Source: a virus (lineage: Duplodnaviria > Heunggongvirae > Uroviricota > Caudoviricetes). Taken from it: a stretch of 64,000 nt of DNA. The position numbers were made by a program, and so were the translations under genes. Shown here in pieces: positions 51,043 through 60,753 of the stretch (the stretch's first letter is position 1; every line of letters begins with the position of its first letter). The stretch lies in IMG/VR virus record IMGVR_UViG_3300029485_000297, one strand, 5' to 3'. Below the pieces are notes generated by a model that worked only from the letters and a program-made list of their open reading frames with translations, did not search any database and was not told where the DNA came from.

Positions 51043-51497
51043 AAATGAATGCGATATTTCATTAGTTTGTAGGAGTTTATTATGGGCTTAGGATTTAGAT
51101 GGTTTAAAGATTATAAAATATTAGATTCTGGTGAAACATATCAGGCATTTGGACATTGTTATTATGATGAATACTCAATTAAATATATCAACTGCGACTC
51201 TACATCTCATTCTTATTATAATGTAAGTCTGGTAAGAGAATTGTTTGAAAAGACGATTGGTGTTCAGTTCCCTAAATTACCAAACGAGGAGTGGATTGAC
51301 TCAAAGAATTATAAATTAAAATTAATTGAACCAATCGACATGTCCAAATATTGTGAAAAGATACTAGAGGGAACGGAAGTCGATGCTATTGATATGAGAA
51401 ATAGATTTGAATGCTTTAAAAAGTTATCAGATCAAGGATATTATATAGCGTATGATTGGGAATAACACCATTTTATATGGTTGCAGGAGGTAAAATA

Positions 51498-51935
51498 GTG
51501 AAAATTAAAGATAAAATACGAGACAAATTAAAACAATGGTTATTTTCAAAAGAGTTATCAAAATTTGAATCGGCTGAACAGAATTATAAAGATGCAGAAG
51601 ACTTATATAATAGGGCAAAAGGGTATCTAAATGCTGCAAAGGATGAATATAGCTGGTCATTTAAATTAGTTGATGATTGTCATAAGCTAATGAATTCTAT
51701 GATAGACGTTGGAACAGATGTAGGATTTCTTTCTAATGAGCATTCGTGGGCGGTTGTATGTATTAAAGGTCATCCAGAATATGTGAAATTTATTCCATTG
51801 TCGCATAAAGACGCACGAGATGTATTGGATTTTCTGAAACATTTTAAATATTCAGATAGAATTGTAGATTCTCCATTTGCGTTTAGAGGTATGGTTGACC
51901 ATTATATTGTGGAAAATCCGTTTTTGAAAAAATAA
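51498..51935 (+). CDS. hypothetical protein, paralog of 38613-39002
   Basis: GTG 51498 after GCAGGAGGT gives MKIKDKIRDKL, matching the start of the first copy. Core HSWAVVCIKGHPEYVKFIPLSHKDARDV...FKYSDRIVDSPFAF. Confidence 0.5.
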   Translation: MKIKDKIRDKLKQWLFSKELSKFESAEQNYKDAEDLYNRAKGYLNAAKDEYSWSFKLVDDCHKLMNSMIDVGTDVGFLSNEHSWAVVCIKGHPEYVKFIPLSHKDARDVLDFLKHFKYSDRIVDSPFAFRGMVDHYIVENPFLKK

Positions 51936-52086
51936 AGCTATAATGAAATTTTGGTTTCTTGGCTTGTCACGAAAATTATACAATATTCAGGACAAAACAA
52001 GAGAATATAACAATATAAGTACAATTAAAGAAAGGAAAATGTTCACATGTGAGTAAAGCTGCGCAGCTACTATTGGTGAACAAAAA

Positions 52087-52917
52087 TTGAGTAATATAAA
52101 GAGTCCACTTAATTATGTAGGTGGCAAGTATAAGTTACTACCAATCATTATACCGATGTTTCCAGATAAGATAAATACTTTCGTGGATTTATTTGGTGGA
52201 GGTTTTAATGTTGGTATTAATGTAAAGGCTGATTACATTATCTACAATGATATATGTGAACAGGTAGTTGGTTTTCTAAGATATTTACAAGGTTCAAATA
52301 TTGAAGAAGTATTACATAAGATTGATTCATATATTAATAAGTATGGATTAACTAAAGAAAACAAAGAAGGATATTTACTGTTTAGAGAAGAATATAACAC
52401 AGGTATTAAAGACCCAATTAAATTCTATACGCTTTTATGTTATGCGTTCAATAATCAAATCAGATTCAATTCCAAAGGTGAATACAATATGCCTTTTGGT
52501 AAAGATAGGTCAAGTTTTAATCCCACTCTTAGACAAAAATTTATAGATTTTCATAAGCGGCTAAATGAAATAGACTGTAGTTTCTTAAATATTCCATTTG
52601 AGAGATTTGATTTTTCCGATTTTACGGAAGGCGATTTTGTTTATGCAGATCCACCATATTTCAATTCTGTTGCTACATACAATGAAAACGGTGGCTGGAC
52701 AGAAGAAATGGAGAATAAATTACTAGAGACTCTTGATACGTTGAATGATAAAGGTGTTAAGTTTGCATTAAGTAATAATCTCAAATATGACAATCCATTA
52801 CTTGATAAATGGAAAGATAAATACATAGTTCATTATTTAAAGCATGATTATAGCAACTGCAATTATCAGAAAAAGGACAAGAGTGCCGATTGTGAGGTAT
52901 TAATCACAAATTATTAA
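52087..52917 (+). CDS. Dam-family (D12-class) N6-adenine DNA methyltransferase, copy 3 (divergent)
   Basis: NYVGGKYKLL...FVDLFGGGFNVG and VYADPPYFNS. The start is probably TTG 52087. Confidence 0.65.
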   Translation: MSNIKSPLNYVGGKYKLLPIIIPMFPDKINTFVDLFGGGFNVGINVKADYIIYNDICEQVVGFLRYLQGSNIEEVLHKIDSYINKYGLTKENKEGYLLFREEYNTGIKDPIKFYTLLCYAFNNQIRFNSKGEYNMPFGKDRSSFNPTLRQKFIDFHKRLNEIDCSFLNIPFERFDFSDFTEGDFVYADPPYFNSVATYNENGGWTEEMENKLLETLDTLNDKGVKFALSNNLKYDNPLLDKWKDKYIVHYLKHDYSNCNYQKKDKSADCEVLITNY

Positions 52918-53065
52918 AATCTCAATCTCTGAAATTCCCTAAAATCAAGGCTTCAGAGGTTGGAGACAACAAGAATTAAAAGAATATATAAATGTAATTA
53001 CAAAAAATATTAAGAAAGGTATAGGTTTCTTGCAAGAATAAAACAACGTTGTACCTTTTTGAAAA

Positions 53066-53593
53066 ATGACAAAGATTAATAGTCAAGAAGTATTATATAG
53101 CAAAGGAAACAATGACGAATGTATGACACCAAATTACGGTGTTAAACCGATAGTAAAATATATACCAAAAGAAGCAACGGTTTGGTGTCCATTTGACAAG
53201 GAAAATAGTGAATTTGTTAAACAAATTAGAGAAGCAGGTCACAAAGTAATCGCTACTCATATAGATAATGGACAAGACTTCTATACATATGAACCTGATG
53301 AGAACTGGGATTGTATTGTGTCTAATCCACCATTTACTAATAAAAGAAAAATCTTTGAAAGAGCATTAAGTTTTGGCAAACCATTTGCGCTTATTGCACC
53401 CAATACTTGGTGGAATGATGCAGCTCCATATCATTTGTTTAAAGATAAAGAATTACAAATATTATCTTTTAACAAGAGAATGAAATTTTTAAATAATGGT
53501 GTTATTCAAAATAAAATCACTTTTATGAGTGCTTATTGGTGCTATAAATTATTACCTAAACAAATTGTATTTGAGGAGTTATATATGGAATGA
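53066..53593 (+). CDS. small NPPF-motif methyltransferase-like protein
   Basis: CIVSNPPFTNKRKIF is a gamma-type adenine-MTase catalytic motif. Only a weak candidate motif I (VWCPFDKENSEF). 175 aa. Confidence 0.4.
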   Translation: MTKINSQEVLYSKGNNDECMTPNYGVKPIVKYIPKEATVWCPFDKENSEFVKQIREAGHKVIATHIDNGQDFYTYEPDENWDCIVSNPPFTNKRKIFERALSFGKPFALIAPNTWWNDAAPYHLFKDKELQILSFNKRMKFLNNGVIQNKITFMSAYWCYKLLPKQIVFEELYME

Positions 53594-54546
53594 TTAATAT
53601 AATTGAAGATTTAGGAAAAATATATTATAAAAATAATTTTAAACAAAGAGTATCATGTGTTTTGGTAGAGTGTAATATCTGTAAAATTAAAAATATTATA
53701 TCTAAAACACGATTTAAAAAATAAAGATGTATATATATATAAACCCTGTGCTGCAAGAATAAAGTAGGAAAACCACGATTCATTCGGTTGTGAAAGTAGG
53801 TGAGAAATTGAACAAGAGACAGAAAAAGAAGTTATTTAAACAGACGCTTATTAAAGTTAGAAAACTGCATCCACAGAAGGGTGATGTGATTTGTTTACAG
53901 CCAGATTTAGATTGGATTGATGCTGAAACCATGTGCCAGTTTATGAAAGTTTATTCCAATAATGATATTTTTGGTAAAGCAAAGTTAGCTTTTGTACCTG
54001 CCAATATTAAACAGTTATCACATAAAAAATATGCACAGATGTATATTGACAAGTTGCAGAGTATTGTAGACCAGATGGGAGAATAAATGATTAGTCAAGT
54101 TGATTTAGAAAGTACGGAAGTTGGAGAAAAGAAATACTACCTCATAACACCTGGAGGTCTAATATTCCATGAAATTCCATTTAAAGAAATACATAATTTA
54201 ACACGAGAAGTATGGATATCACGTTGCCCTTGTTGTGGTGGTCTACAAGGATATTATTATTCAGAAAATGAAGCTAAGAAAAATAGCAACTTTTGTGTTG
54301 AATGCAGTCATACTCGTTTATTTTTAATAAAGAGATATAAATGCTATTCTAAACAGAATATAAAATTTAGGTTATTAACAAAAGGTTATAAGGAATACAA
54401 AGGAATTAAATATCCTTATATGGATATTCATGGTTGATAAGAAAGAAGCATTTCAAATGATTCCATCTAAGAGCGTTTCTGCTCACGATTCCCAAATAAA
54501 AGAGAGAATATATAAGTGACAATAAAATTTTAAAGGAGATGTCACT

Positions 54547-55248
54547 ATGAGCAAAAAGAAATTTTTTAAAGGTCTTAAATTTCATTATCGTTTTAATGAT
54601 AAGGAGTTATTAGACAAATATGAAACTATTGAAGATTTCTTAAATACGAGTTTTCCTAAAAATAATAATCCATTATCACCAAATTTGGATACAGAAATTT
54701 TTAAGATTGTTTGGAATAGACATTTACTTTCTGATTATATTCCTAACCAGATTAAAACAGTAGATGATTTGTTGAATATTTTGAGTAATGAAGATATTTG
54801 TAATGTTTTATTAACTAAGCAATTTTGCAAATCAAAACTAAAGCAAAAATTAAAACATGAGGATTTGATTCGCAAAGAAATTTACTCTATTGATGAAGTT
54901 AGAGAAAAAACAAAGGATGTTTTGTTTGAAAAAGATAAAAGAAATGCAAAAGTTGATTTTGATGGTGATTTGATTAAAGGTAATAGTCAAAGATACCAAA
55001 CATTTTTCACAAAAGGCTGTAAATGTGTAGTTTGTGGAGTTGAAGGCAAATATTTTGCTAAAGAAAGACATTTACAGGATAAAACTTATCATCTGAATTT
55101 ATATGCAGTCGATGATAATGGTAATGAAATTTTAATGACAAAAGATCATATTTTACCACGTTCAAAAGGTGGTATTGATGATATTAGTAACTATCAAACA
55201 ATGTGTAAGCTTTGTAATGAAGCTAAAGGTAACAAATTAGAAGATTAA
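54547..55248 (+). CDS. HNH endonuclease
   Basis: C-terminal CVVCG...DHILPRSKGGIDDISNYQTMCKLCNEAKGN is an HNH/zinc-finger core. Confidence 0.65.
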   Translation: MSKKKFFKGLKFHYRFNDKELLDKYETIEDFLNTSFPKNNNPLSPNLDTEIFKIVWNRHLLSDYIPNQIKTVDDLLNILSNEDICNVLLTKQFCKSKLKQKLKHEDLIRKEIYSIDEVREKTKDVLFEKDKRNAKVDFDGDLIKGNSQRYQTFFTKGCKCVVCGVEGKYFAKERHLQDKTYHLNLYAVDDNGNEILMTKDHILPRSKGGIDDISNYQTMCKLCNEAKGNKLED

Positions 55249-55313
55249 AAGAAAGGAAAATAGAAAAGTTCCTATAGGATAAAGTGCGCACTACTTACTA
55301 AGGTAAGAGGAAC

Positions 55314-56240
55314 TTGGAACAGAAGAAATTTATGGACATATCACGTATCAAAGAAGATACGGAATTAACAGTAGCGAATACATGCGGTTTTCATGTAGGA
55401 GATCATATTGTAATCCAGGAAAAGGTAGATGGAAGCAATTCAGCTATTGCATATGATAAGGAAACAAATAAATTAGTTGCATTTTCAAGAAGACAGACTC
55501 TTGATTACAACAATACATTAAATGGATTTTGGAATTGGGTACAGACATTAGCGGTCGAACCATTTTCAAAATATCCAAACTATGTATTCTTTGGGGAGTG
55601 GTTGACTTCTCATACTATTAAGTATATTCAGGACGCATATAAGAAATTTTATTTTTATGATGTATATGATAAGGAAAATGAGTGTTATCTACCACAGTCA
55701 GAGATTAAGAAACTCGCTGATGAGTTGAATTTGAGATATGTACAGACATTTTATGATGGCGAGTTTGTCTCTTGGGAGCATTGCATGTCGTTTATGCATA
55801 AGTCAGATATTGCAGTTGATGTTCCTGAGGGAATTGTTGTTAAGAATCAGACAGAACTTAACAATCCAAACTCACGAACTCCATTTGTATTAAAGATTGT
55901 AAATTCACAGTTCAGTGAAATTAAGAAAGATAATCATAGACAGAAAGTAGAAGATCCTCAGAAATTAGCTGCTAAAGCAAAAGCATCTGATATTGTAGAA
56001 CAAATTGTTACAAAGAATAGGGTTCAGAAAGAATTACATAAAATGATTGATGAAGGTATTTTGTCTGAAAAGATTGAACCACAGGATATGAAGATTGTTG
56101 CACAAAATTTACCGAAGAGAATTTTTGAGGATTGTGTAAAAGAAGAGAATGAATTAGTTATTGAAGCTGGTGAATTCTTTGGCAAGATGTGTGGTTCTAC
56201 AACTATGAACTTAGCAAGGAAGATTATTTTTGGAGAATAA
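55314..56240 (+). CDS. Rnl2-family ATP-dependent RNA ligase (nucleotidyltransferase)
   Basis: Motif I EKVDGSN, III FFGEW, IV EGIVVK and V LKIVNSQF are collinear with T4 Rnl2 (EKIHGTN, FGEF, EGYVLK, IKCKNSKF). The start may be TTG 55314 or ATG 55332. Confidence 0.65.
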   Translation: MEQKKFMDISRIKEDTELTVANTCGFHVGDHIVIQEKVDGSNSAIAYDKETNKLVAFSRRQTLDYNNTLNGFWNWVQTLAVEPFSKYPNYVFFGEWLTSHTIKYIQDAYKKFYFYDVYDKENECYLPQSEIKKLADELNLRYVQTFYDGEFVSWEHCMSFMHKSDIAVDVPEGIVVKNQTELNNPNSRTPFVLKIVNSQFSEIKKDNHRQKVEDPQKLAAKAKASDIVEQIVTKNRVQKELHKMIDEGILSEKIEPQDMKIVAQNLPKRIFEDCVKEENELVIEAGEFFGKMCGSTTMNLARKIIFGE

Positions 56241-56413
56241 TTATATGAGTAGTATTTTAGTTGGCGAATTAAAATCAATTCTTAACACATTTCCAGACGA
56301 TTATGAAGTGATTATGAATATTAAGCATAAATATCCAATCTCTAAAAAGGTAAGTAAATTCAGGTTTCATTGGATTGAAAGAGAGAATATTAAAAACAAG
56401 GAGGTAAGAAAAA

Positions 56414-57145
56414 TTGAAGAGACAGATTCGTAGAGGTGTGTTTGAAACGAACTCATCAAGTCAGCACAGTCTTTGTATTATGAAAAATGACAACCATTAT
56501 ACACCTGATGAAATTTCACGAGATTTTTATCTTTGTAAAGATAGAGAAACTGGTGAAGAAAATTGCGTATGGGATATATGGGATCATGATATGGAATTTG
56601 GTAGAAGCCCGTTTAGAGCTTTAGGTAACTTCCATGATAAATGGTTATATGCTTGTGCTTCATTGGTTCACGAATACAACGATGATACTTATAAGGAATT
56701 AGTAGCACTTGCAATAAAATATGTTCCTGGTTTGAAGAAAATTAAAGTGCCTATGATTCATGATTCTGTTGCAGATAAAAATCATCCTGAAAATAAAGAC
56801 AGTGATTATGCTTATGAATATGGAAAGACAGAAGATGAATTTAATGAGTATTTGGAGCAGAAAGAAAAAGATTGGGGCATTGAAACAATAGAATATTGGG
56901 TAACTGACAATGGATATTTTCATTATGAGAAACCATATACAGGATATGTTGATGAGAATATACTTGGTGGATTCCTCAAAAAAGAGAATATATCATTAGA
57001 AGAATATCTGACAAATAAGAAGTATGTTGTTATTCAGGATGGTGACGAATATTGTTATTGGTCAGACATGAAGAAAGCAGGATTAGTAAATATGGATGCT
57101 ATTGATCATGAGTATCCAAGAGATGATTATGGAATGGAGGATTAA
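56414..57145 (+). CDS. hypothetical acidic protein with conserved N-terminal module MKRQIRRGVFETNSSS.HSL
   Basis: TTG start after AAGGAGGT. The first 20 aa are identical in protein sequence to the next gene although the DNA differs. Confidence 0.5.
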   Translation: MKRQIRRGVFETNSSSQHSLCIMKNDNHYTPDEISRDFYLCKDRETGEENCVWDIWDHDMEFGRSPFRALGNFHDKWLYACASLVHEYNDDTYKELVALAIKYVPGLKKIKVPMIHDSVADKNHPENKDSDYAYEYGKTEDEFNEYLEQKEKDWGIETIEYWVTDNGYFHYEKPYTGYVDENILGGFLKKENISLEEYLTNKKYVVIQDGDEYCYWSDMKKAGLVNMDAIDHEYPRDDYGMED

Positions 57146-57148
57146 AAT

Positions 57149-57532
57149 ATGAAGAGACAGATTAGACGTGGAGTTTTTGAAACAAATAGCAGTTCAACAC
57201 ATAGTTTAACAATGTGTAGCAAAAAAGAATATGATGAATTTGAAAAAGGGAATATGTACATAGAAAGATGGGGTTCTCACAAACTGTATACAAAAGAAGA
57301 GATGATTGAAAAATTCAAACAAGCAGTGGATTGGAGAACAAAAGCACCAAAATATCCTGGCATAGATTGGAATAATGACGATGAATTTAATCGTGTTTTA
57401 GCAGAATCAGATTATTGTACTTCTGAAGAATATTGGAACAATGTTTCTGAAGAGTATGAGACTTTTGAAGAATCTTATACAGGAGCAAATGGCGAGACCG
57501 TATATGCATTTGGATATTATGGTTACAACTAA
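57149..57532 (+). CDS. hypothetical acidic/aromatic protein with the same N-terminal module
   Basis: MKRQIRRGVFETNSSSTHSL then a divergent C-terminal part. Starts 4 nt after the previous stop. Confidence 0.5.
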   Translation: MKRQIRRGVFETNSSSTHSLTMCSKKEYDEFEKGNMYIERWGSHKLYTKEEMIEKFKQAVDWRTKAPKYPGIDWNNDDEFNRVLAESDYCTSEEYWNNVSEEYETFEESYTGANGETVYAFGYYGYN

Positions 57533-57548
57533 TTAGGAGGATTTAAGA

Positions 57549-58445
57549 ATGGAATTATTAGGAAGATATAAGAATGGTAACTTTTTCACTACTATTCTGA
57601 GTGATGGAACAAAGATCAGAGAAACAGAAGATGATGAGTTTGTACCAGCTTTTGCAGAGAATATGGATATAAAAATTTGTAATTTTTGCGATATGGGATG
57701 TCCATTCTGCCATGAAGGTAGCACAACAGATGGAAAATTTGGAGATATTTTGAATGAGAAATTCATTAACACACTTCATCCTTATCAGGAAGTTGCTATT
57801 GGTGGTGGTGATGCTACAAGTCATCCTGATTTAATTCCATTCTTGGAAAAACTCAAAGAGAAGAAAGTCATTGCAAACATGACTGTAAATCAGATTCATT
57901 TTGAGAAAAAACAAGAACTTATTAAAAAGCTTGTTGATGAAAAACTTATCTATGGTCTTGGTGTATCACTTGTAAATCCCACAGAAAAATTTATTGAACT
58001 TATTAAGAAATATCCAAATGCGGTCATTCATGTAATCAACGGGGTATTAAAGCCATCGGATGTAGAAGCTTTAGAGAATAATGATCTGAAGATGCTGATT
58101 CTTGGTTATAAACATTTAAGACGTGGTGATGATTTTTATTCAGAAGATCATGAAAACATTGTTGTAAAGCAGAATTGGCTATATGAAAATCTTGCAGATA
58201 TTATTGAGAAATTTAAGGTAGTTAGCTTTGATAATCTTGCCATCGACCAGTTGAATGTAAGAAGATTGATGTCTGATGAAGAGTGGAATGAGTTTTATAT
58301 GGGCGATGATGGAACAATGACTTACTACATCGATATGGTTGAACGTAAATTTGCAAGAAGCTCAACAGCAGCATTTGATAAGAGATATGACTTATTGGAC
58401 TCAGTTGATGATATGTTCAAAATTATTATAAATGAAAAACAGTAA
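57549..58445 (+). CDS. radical SAM enzyme (PflA/NrdG/QueE-like single-cluster type)
   Basis: ICNFCDMGCPFCHE carries the CxxxCxxC cluster motif. VAIGGGDATSHPDL is a GGE-type SAM motif. RBS AGGAGG. Confidence 0.6.
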   Translation: MELLGRYKNGNFFTTILSDGTKIRETEDDEFVPAFAENMDIKICNFCDMGCPFCHEGSTTDGKFGDILNEKFINTLHPYQEVAIGGGDATSHPDLIPFLEKLKEKKVIANMTVNQIHFEKKQELIKKLVDEKLIYGLGVSLVNPTEKFIELIKKYPNAVIHVINGVLKPSDVEALENNDLKMLILGYKHLRRGDDFYSEDHENIVVKQNWLYENLADIIEKFKVVSFDNLAIDQLNVRRLMSDEEWNEFYMGDDGTMTYYIDMVERKFARSSTAAFDKRYDLLDSVDDMFKIIINEKQ

Positions 58446-58583
58446 GATTTGAAACCAATCTTTCATTCGGAAATTTTTGAATATATCTAAGCCATTCGGC
58501 TATGGGAATCCCAGTAAATAAGAGAATATCAGAAAGGAAAAGTTAGGTAGCTACTAAGGACATGTCACTTTCTGAATAGATAA

Positions 58584-59360
58584 ATGCAAAATATTGAATT
58601 ATGGCAAGGAGATTGTCTTGTAAAACTACAAGAACTAATTGATGACGGTGTAAAAGTAAATTCAGTCATATGTGATATCCCATACGGAACAACAGCTTGT
58701 TCTTGGGATGAAGTAATTCCATTTGATAAGATGTGGGATTTGCTTTATAAAATCACATACGATGATTCGCCAATCGTTCTATTTTCTAGCCAACCGTTTA
58801 CTTCAAAATTAATAAATTCCAATATCAACAATTTTAGAGAAGAGATAATTTGGCTTAAAAATAAATCTGCGAGTGGTATGCAATATAAACAGAAGCATTT
58901 GAAAGTCCACGAAAATATCATTGTATTTGCTAAGAATGGTAAATATACATACAATCCTCAGAAATGGGAAGTTAAAGAAAAAGAGTTTTTAACACAGAGA
59001 AAAACAATGAGTATTTATGGCGAAACAAATAATGTCTATGGAAATATGAAACGCAATAGAAAGCCTGATGACGGAACAAGAAATCCGATTAGCGTGGTGG
59101 CATATAAATGTCCTATCACAGCGGCTAAATCCAAAACATATAGTCCAGATATTGATATTAGAGTTCATGAAACACAAAAACCATTACTTTTAATGGATTA
59201 TCTTGTAAAAACATTCTCAAATGAGGGCGATATTGTGCTTGATTTTTGTATGGGAAGCGGAACGACAGGTGTAGCATGTATGAATAATAAACGTAAGTTT
59301 ATCGGAATTGAGCTTGACGAAAAGTATTTTGATATTGCAAAACAGAGAATAAATAATTAG
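58584..59360 (+). CDS. beta-class N6-adenine/N4-cytosine DNA methyltransferase, second copy
   Basis: N-terminal VICDIPYG. C-terminal HETQKPLLLMDYLV...GDIVLDFCMGSGTTGVAC. Confidence 0.7.
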   Translation: MQNIELWQGDCLVKLQELIDDGVKVNSVICDIPYGTTACSWDEVIPFDKMWDLLYKITYDDSPIVLFSSQPFTSKLINSNINNFREEIIWLKNKSASGMQYKQKHLKVHENIIVFAKNGKYTYNPQKWEVKEKEFLTQRKTMSIYGETNNVYGNMKRNRKPDDGTRNPISVVAYKCPITAAKSKTYSPDIDIRVHETQKPLLLMDYLVKTFSNEGDIVLDFCMGSGTTGVACMNNKRKFIGIELDEKYFDIAKQRINN

Positions 59361-59400
59361 AGGTCACGAAAGCCTTGAAAAATAAGGCTTTTAGAACCTC
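59360..59400 (+). terminator. terminator-like nested hairpin
   Basis: gaggt...aaagcctt gaaaaata aaggcttt...acctc, followed by a short T-run. Confidence 0.45.
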
Positions 59401-59436
59401 AAAATATAAAAATATTACATATAAAGGAGATTTTAA

Positions 59437-59988
59437 ATGAAGGACACAAATTGGAAAGTGCCAGTAATTATTGGCGTAGGAGTATTAGCAGTTATTTTGA
59501 TGATTGTATTTGGTGTACAGAGTTCACAGAATAAAGCTATTGCACTTGAGGAGCAGGTAAATACAGCGTCATCAGATATCAAGGTACAGGAAAAGCGAAG
59601 AGTTGACCTTGTGTATAACCTTGCTGATTGCGTAAAACAGTATGATAAACATGAAGCTGATACATTGACAGCAGTTGCAGATGGTCGTGGATCAACGGGA
59701 GATATTGAGAATGTAACAACAGCTATTACAGCAGTTGCAGAAGCATATCCTGAGCTGAAGTCCAATGAGAACTATAAGACTCTCATGAATGAGCTATCTA
59801 TGACAGAGAATATGATTGCAGAATATCGCAGCAATTACAATAAACAGATTAAGGAATACAAGCGATATGTGAGAAAATTCCCTACAAGACAGTTTCTTGG
59901 ATTGCTTGGATATGAAGTACAGGAATATGAGTATTTGGATTACAATGCACCAGTTGATGCTCCACAGGATTTGTTCAAAGAGGATTAG
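59437..59988 (+). CDS. LemA-family membrane protein
   Basis: N-terminal TM helix then AIALEEQVNTASSDIKVQEKRRVDLVYNL...AEYRSNYNKQIKEYKRYVRKFPTRQF, a typical LemA pattern. Confidence 0.7.
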   Translation: MKDTNWKVPVIIGVGVLAVILMIVFGVQSSQNKAIALEEQVNTASSDIKVQEKRRVDLVYNLADCVKQYDKHEADTLTAVADGRGSTGDIENVTTAITAVAEAYPELKSNENYKTLMNELSMTENMIAEYRSNYNKQIKEYKRYVRKFPTRQFLGLLGYEVQEYEYLDYNAPVDAPQDLFKED

Positions 59989-59991
59989 TCT

Positions 59992-60753
59992 ATGAGATAT
60001 GGTAGAAAAGGTTTTGATTTTGGTGATTTTGAAATAACAAAACGTGAAATCTTGGCTAGTATTTCTATCATTGCAGTTATGATTCTGTTTGGTATTCTGA
60101 TTTCTTCCAAGATTTCAGAACACCAAATGGATAAAAATGAAATTTACAACAAGGCTGTTAAGATAGAAAGTCAAGAAATGTTCCAATATGGAATGGATAC
60201 AAATGTTGGTAATGCGTTTGTATATGGTGATTTAAAAGCGGTAGATACAGTTACATATCCTGAAATTAGTGGAGAATATATGTATGTAGAAAAAATTAAA
60301 GAGCGATATACGATGCATACAAGAACTGTTACATATACAACTGGTAGTGGAAAAACAAGACGAACTCATACAAGAACAGAAACATATTGGACTTGGGATA
60401 GAGTTGGAAGTGAAGATATTAAGTGTAAAGAAGTATTATTTTGCGGAGTGAATTTCGCAAGTAATAAGATTGATTTACCTGGTACTGATTATATTGACAC
60501 AATTAAGGAGTCAAGTCACGTAAGATATAAATATTATGGTGTTGGAACTGAATATAAAGGAACAATTTTTACAGATTTGAGAGATAAAACCATTTCTGAT
60601 AACACATCATTTTATAATAATTCAACTATTGATGAGACGATAGAAAGGCTAGAATCTGATTTTCCAATTATTATTTTCTGGATTTTTTGGATTATTTTAA
60701 TCGGTGGAATGGTATTTGGGTTTTACTATTTAGATAACAGATGGTTGGATTAG
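59992..60753 (+). CDS. two-TM membrane protein partner of LemA
   Basis: TM helices near residues 25-45 and 220-245. Starts 4 nt after the LemA stop. Confidence 0.45.
   Translation: MRYGRKGFDFGDFEITKREILASISIIAVMILFGILISSKISEHQMDKNEIYNKAVKIESQEMFQYGMDTNVGNAFVYGDLKAVDTVTYPEISGEYMYVEKIKERYTMHTRTVTYTTGSGKTRRTHTRTETYWTWDRVGSEDIKCKEVLFCGVNFASNKIDLPGTDYIDTIKESSHVRYKYYGVGTEYKGTIFTDLRDKTISDNTSFYNNSTIDETIERLESDFPIIIFWIFWIILIGGMVFGFYYLDNRWLD

Noticed and set aside
52921-53060. AATTACAAAAAATAT string shared with the degenerate terminal repeat of array 2
   Set aside because: A single 15-nt AT-rich match with no flanking repeat or spacer structure, most likely chance in this composition.
56414-57210. Identical N-termini of the two rSAM-adjacent proteins as a simple DNA duplication or assembly artefact
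   Set aside because: The nucleotide sequences over the shared 20 codons differ at many synonymous positions, so the identity is at protein level only.
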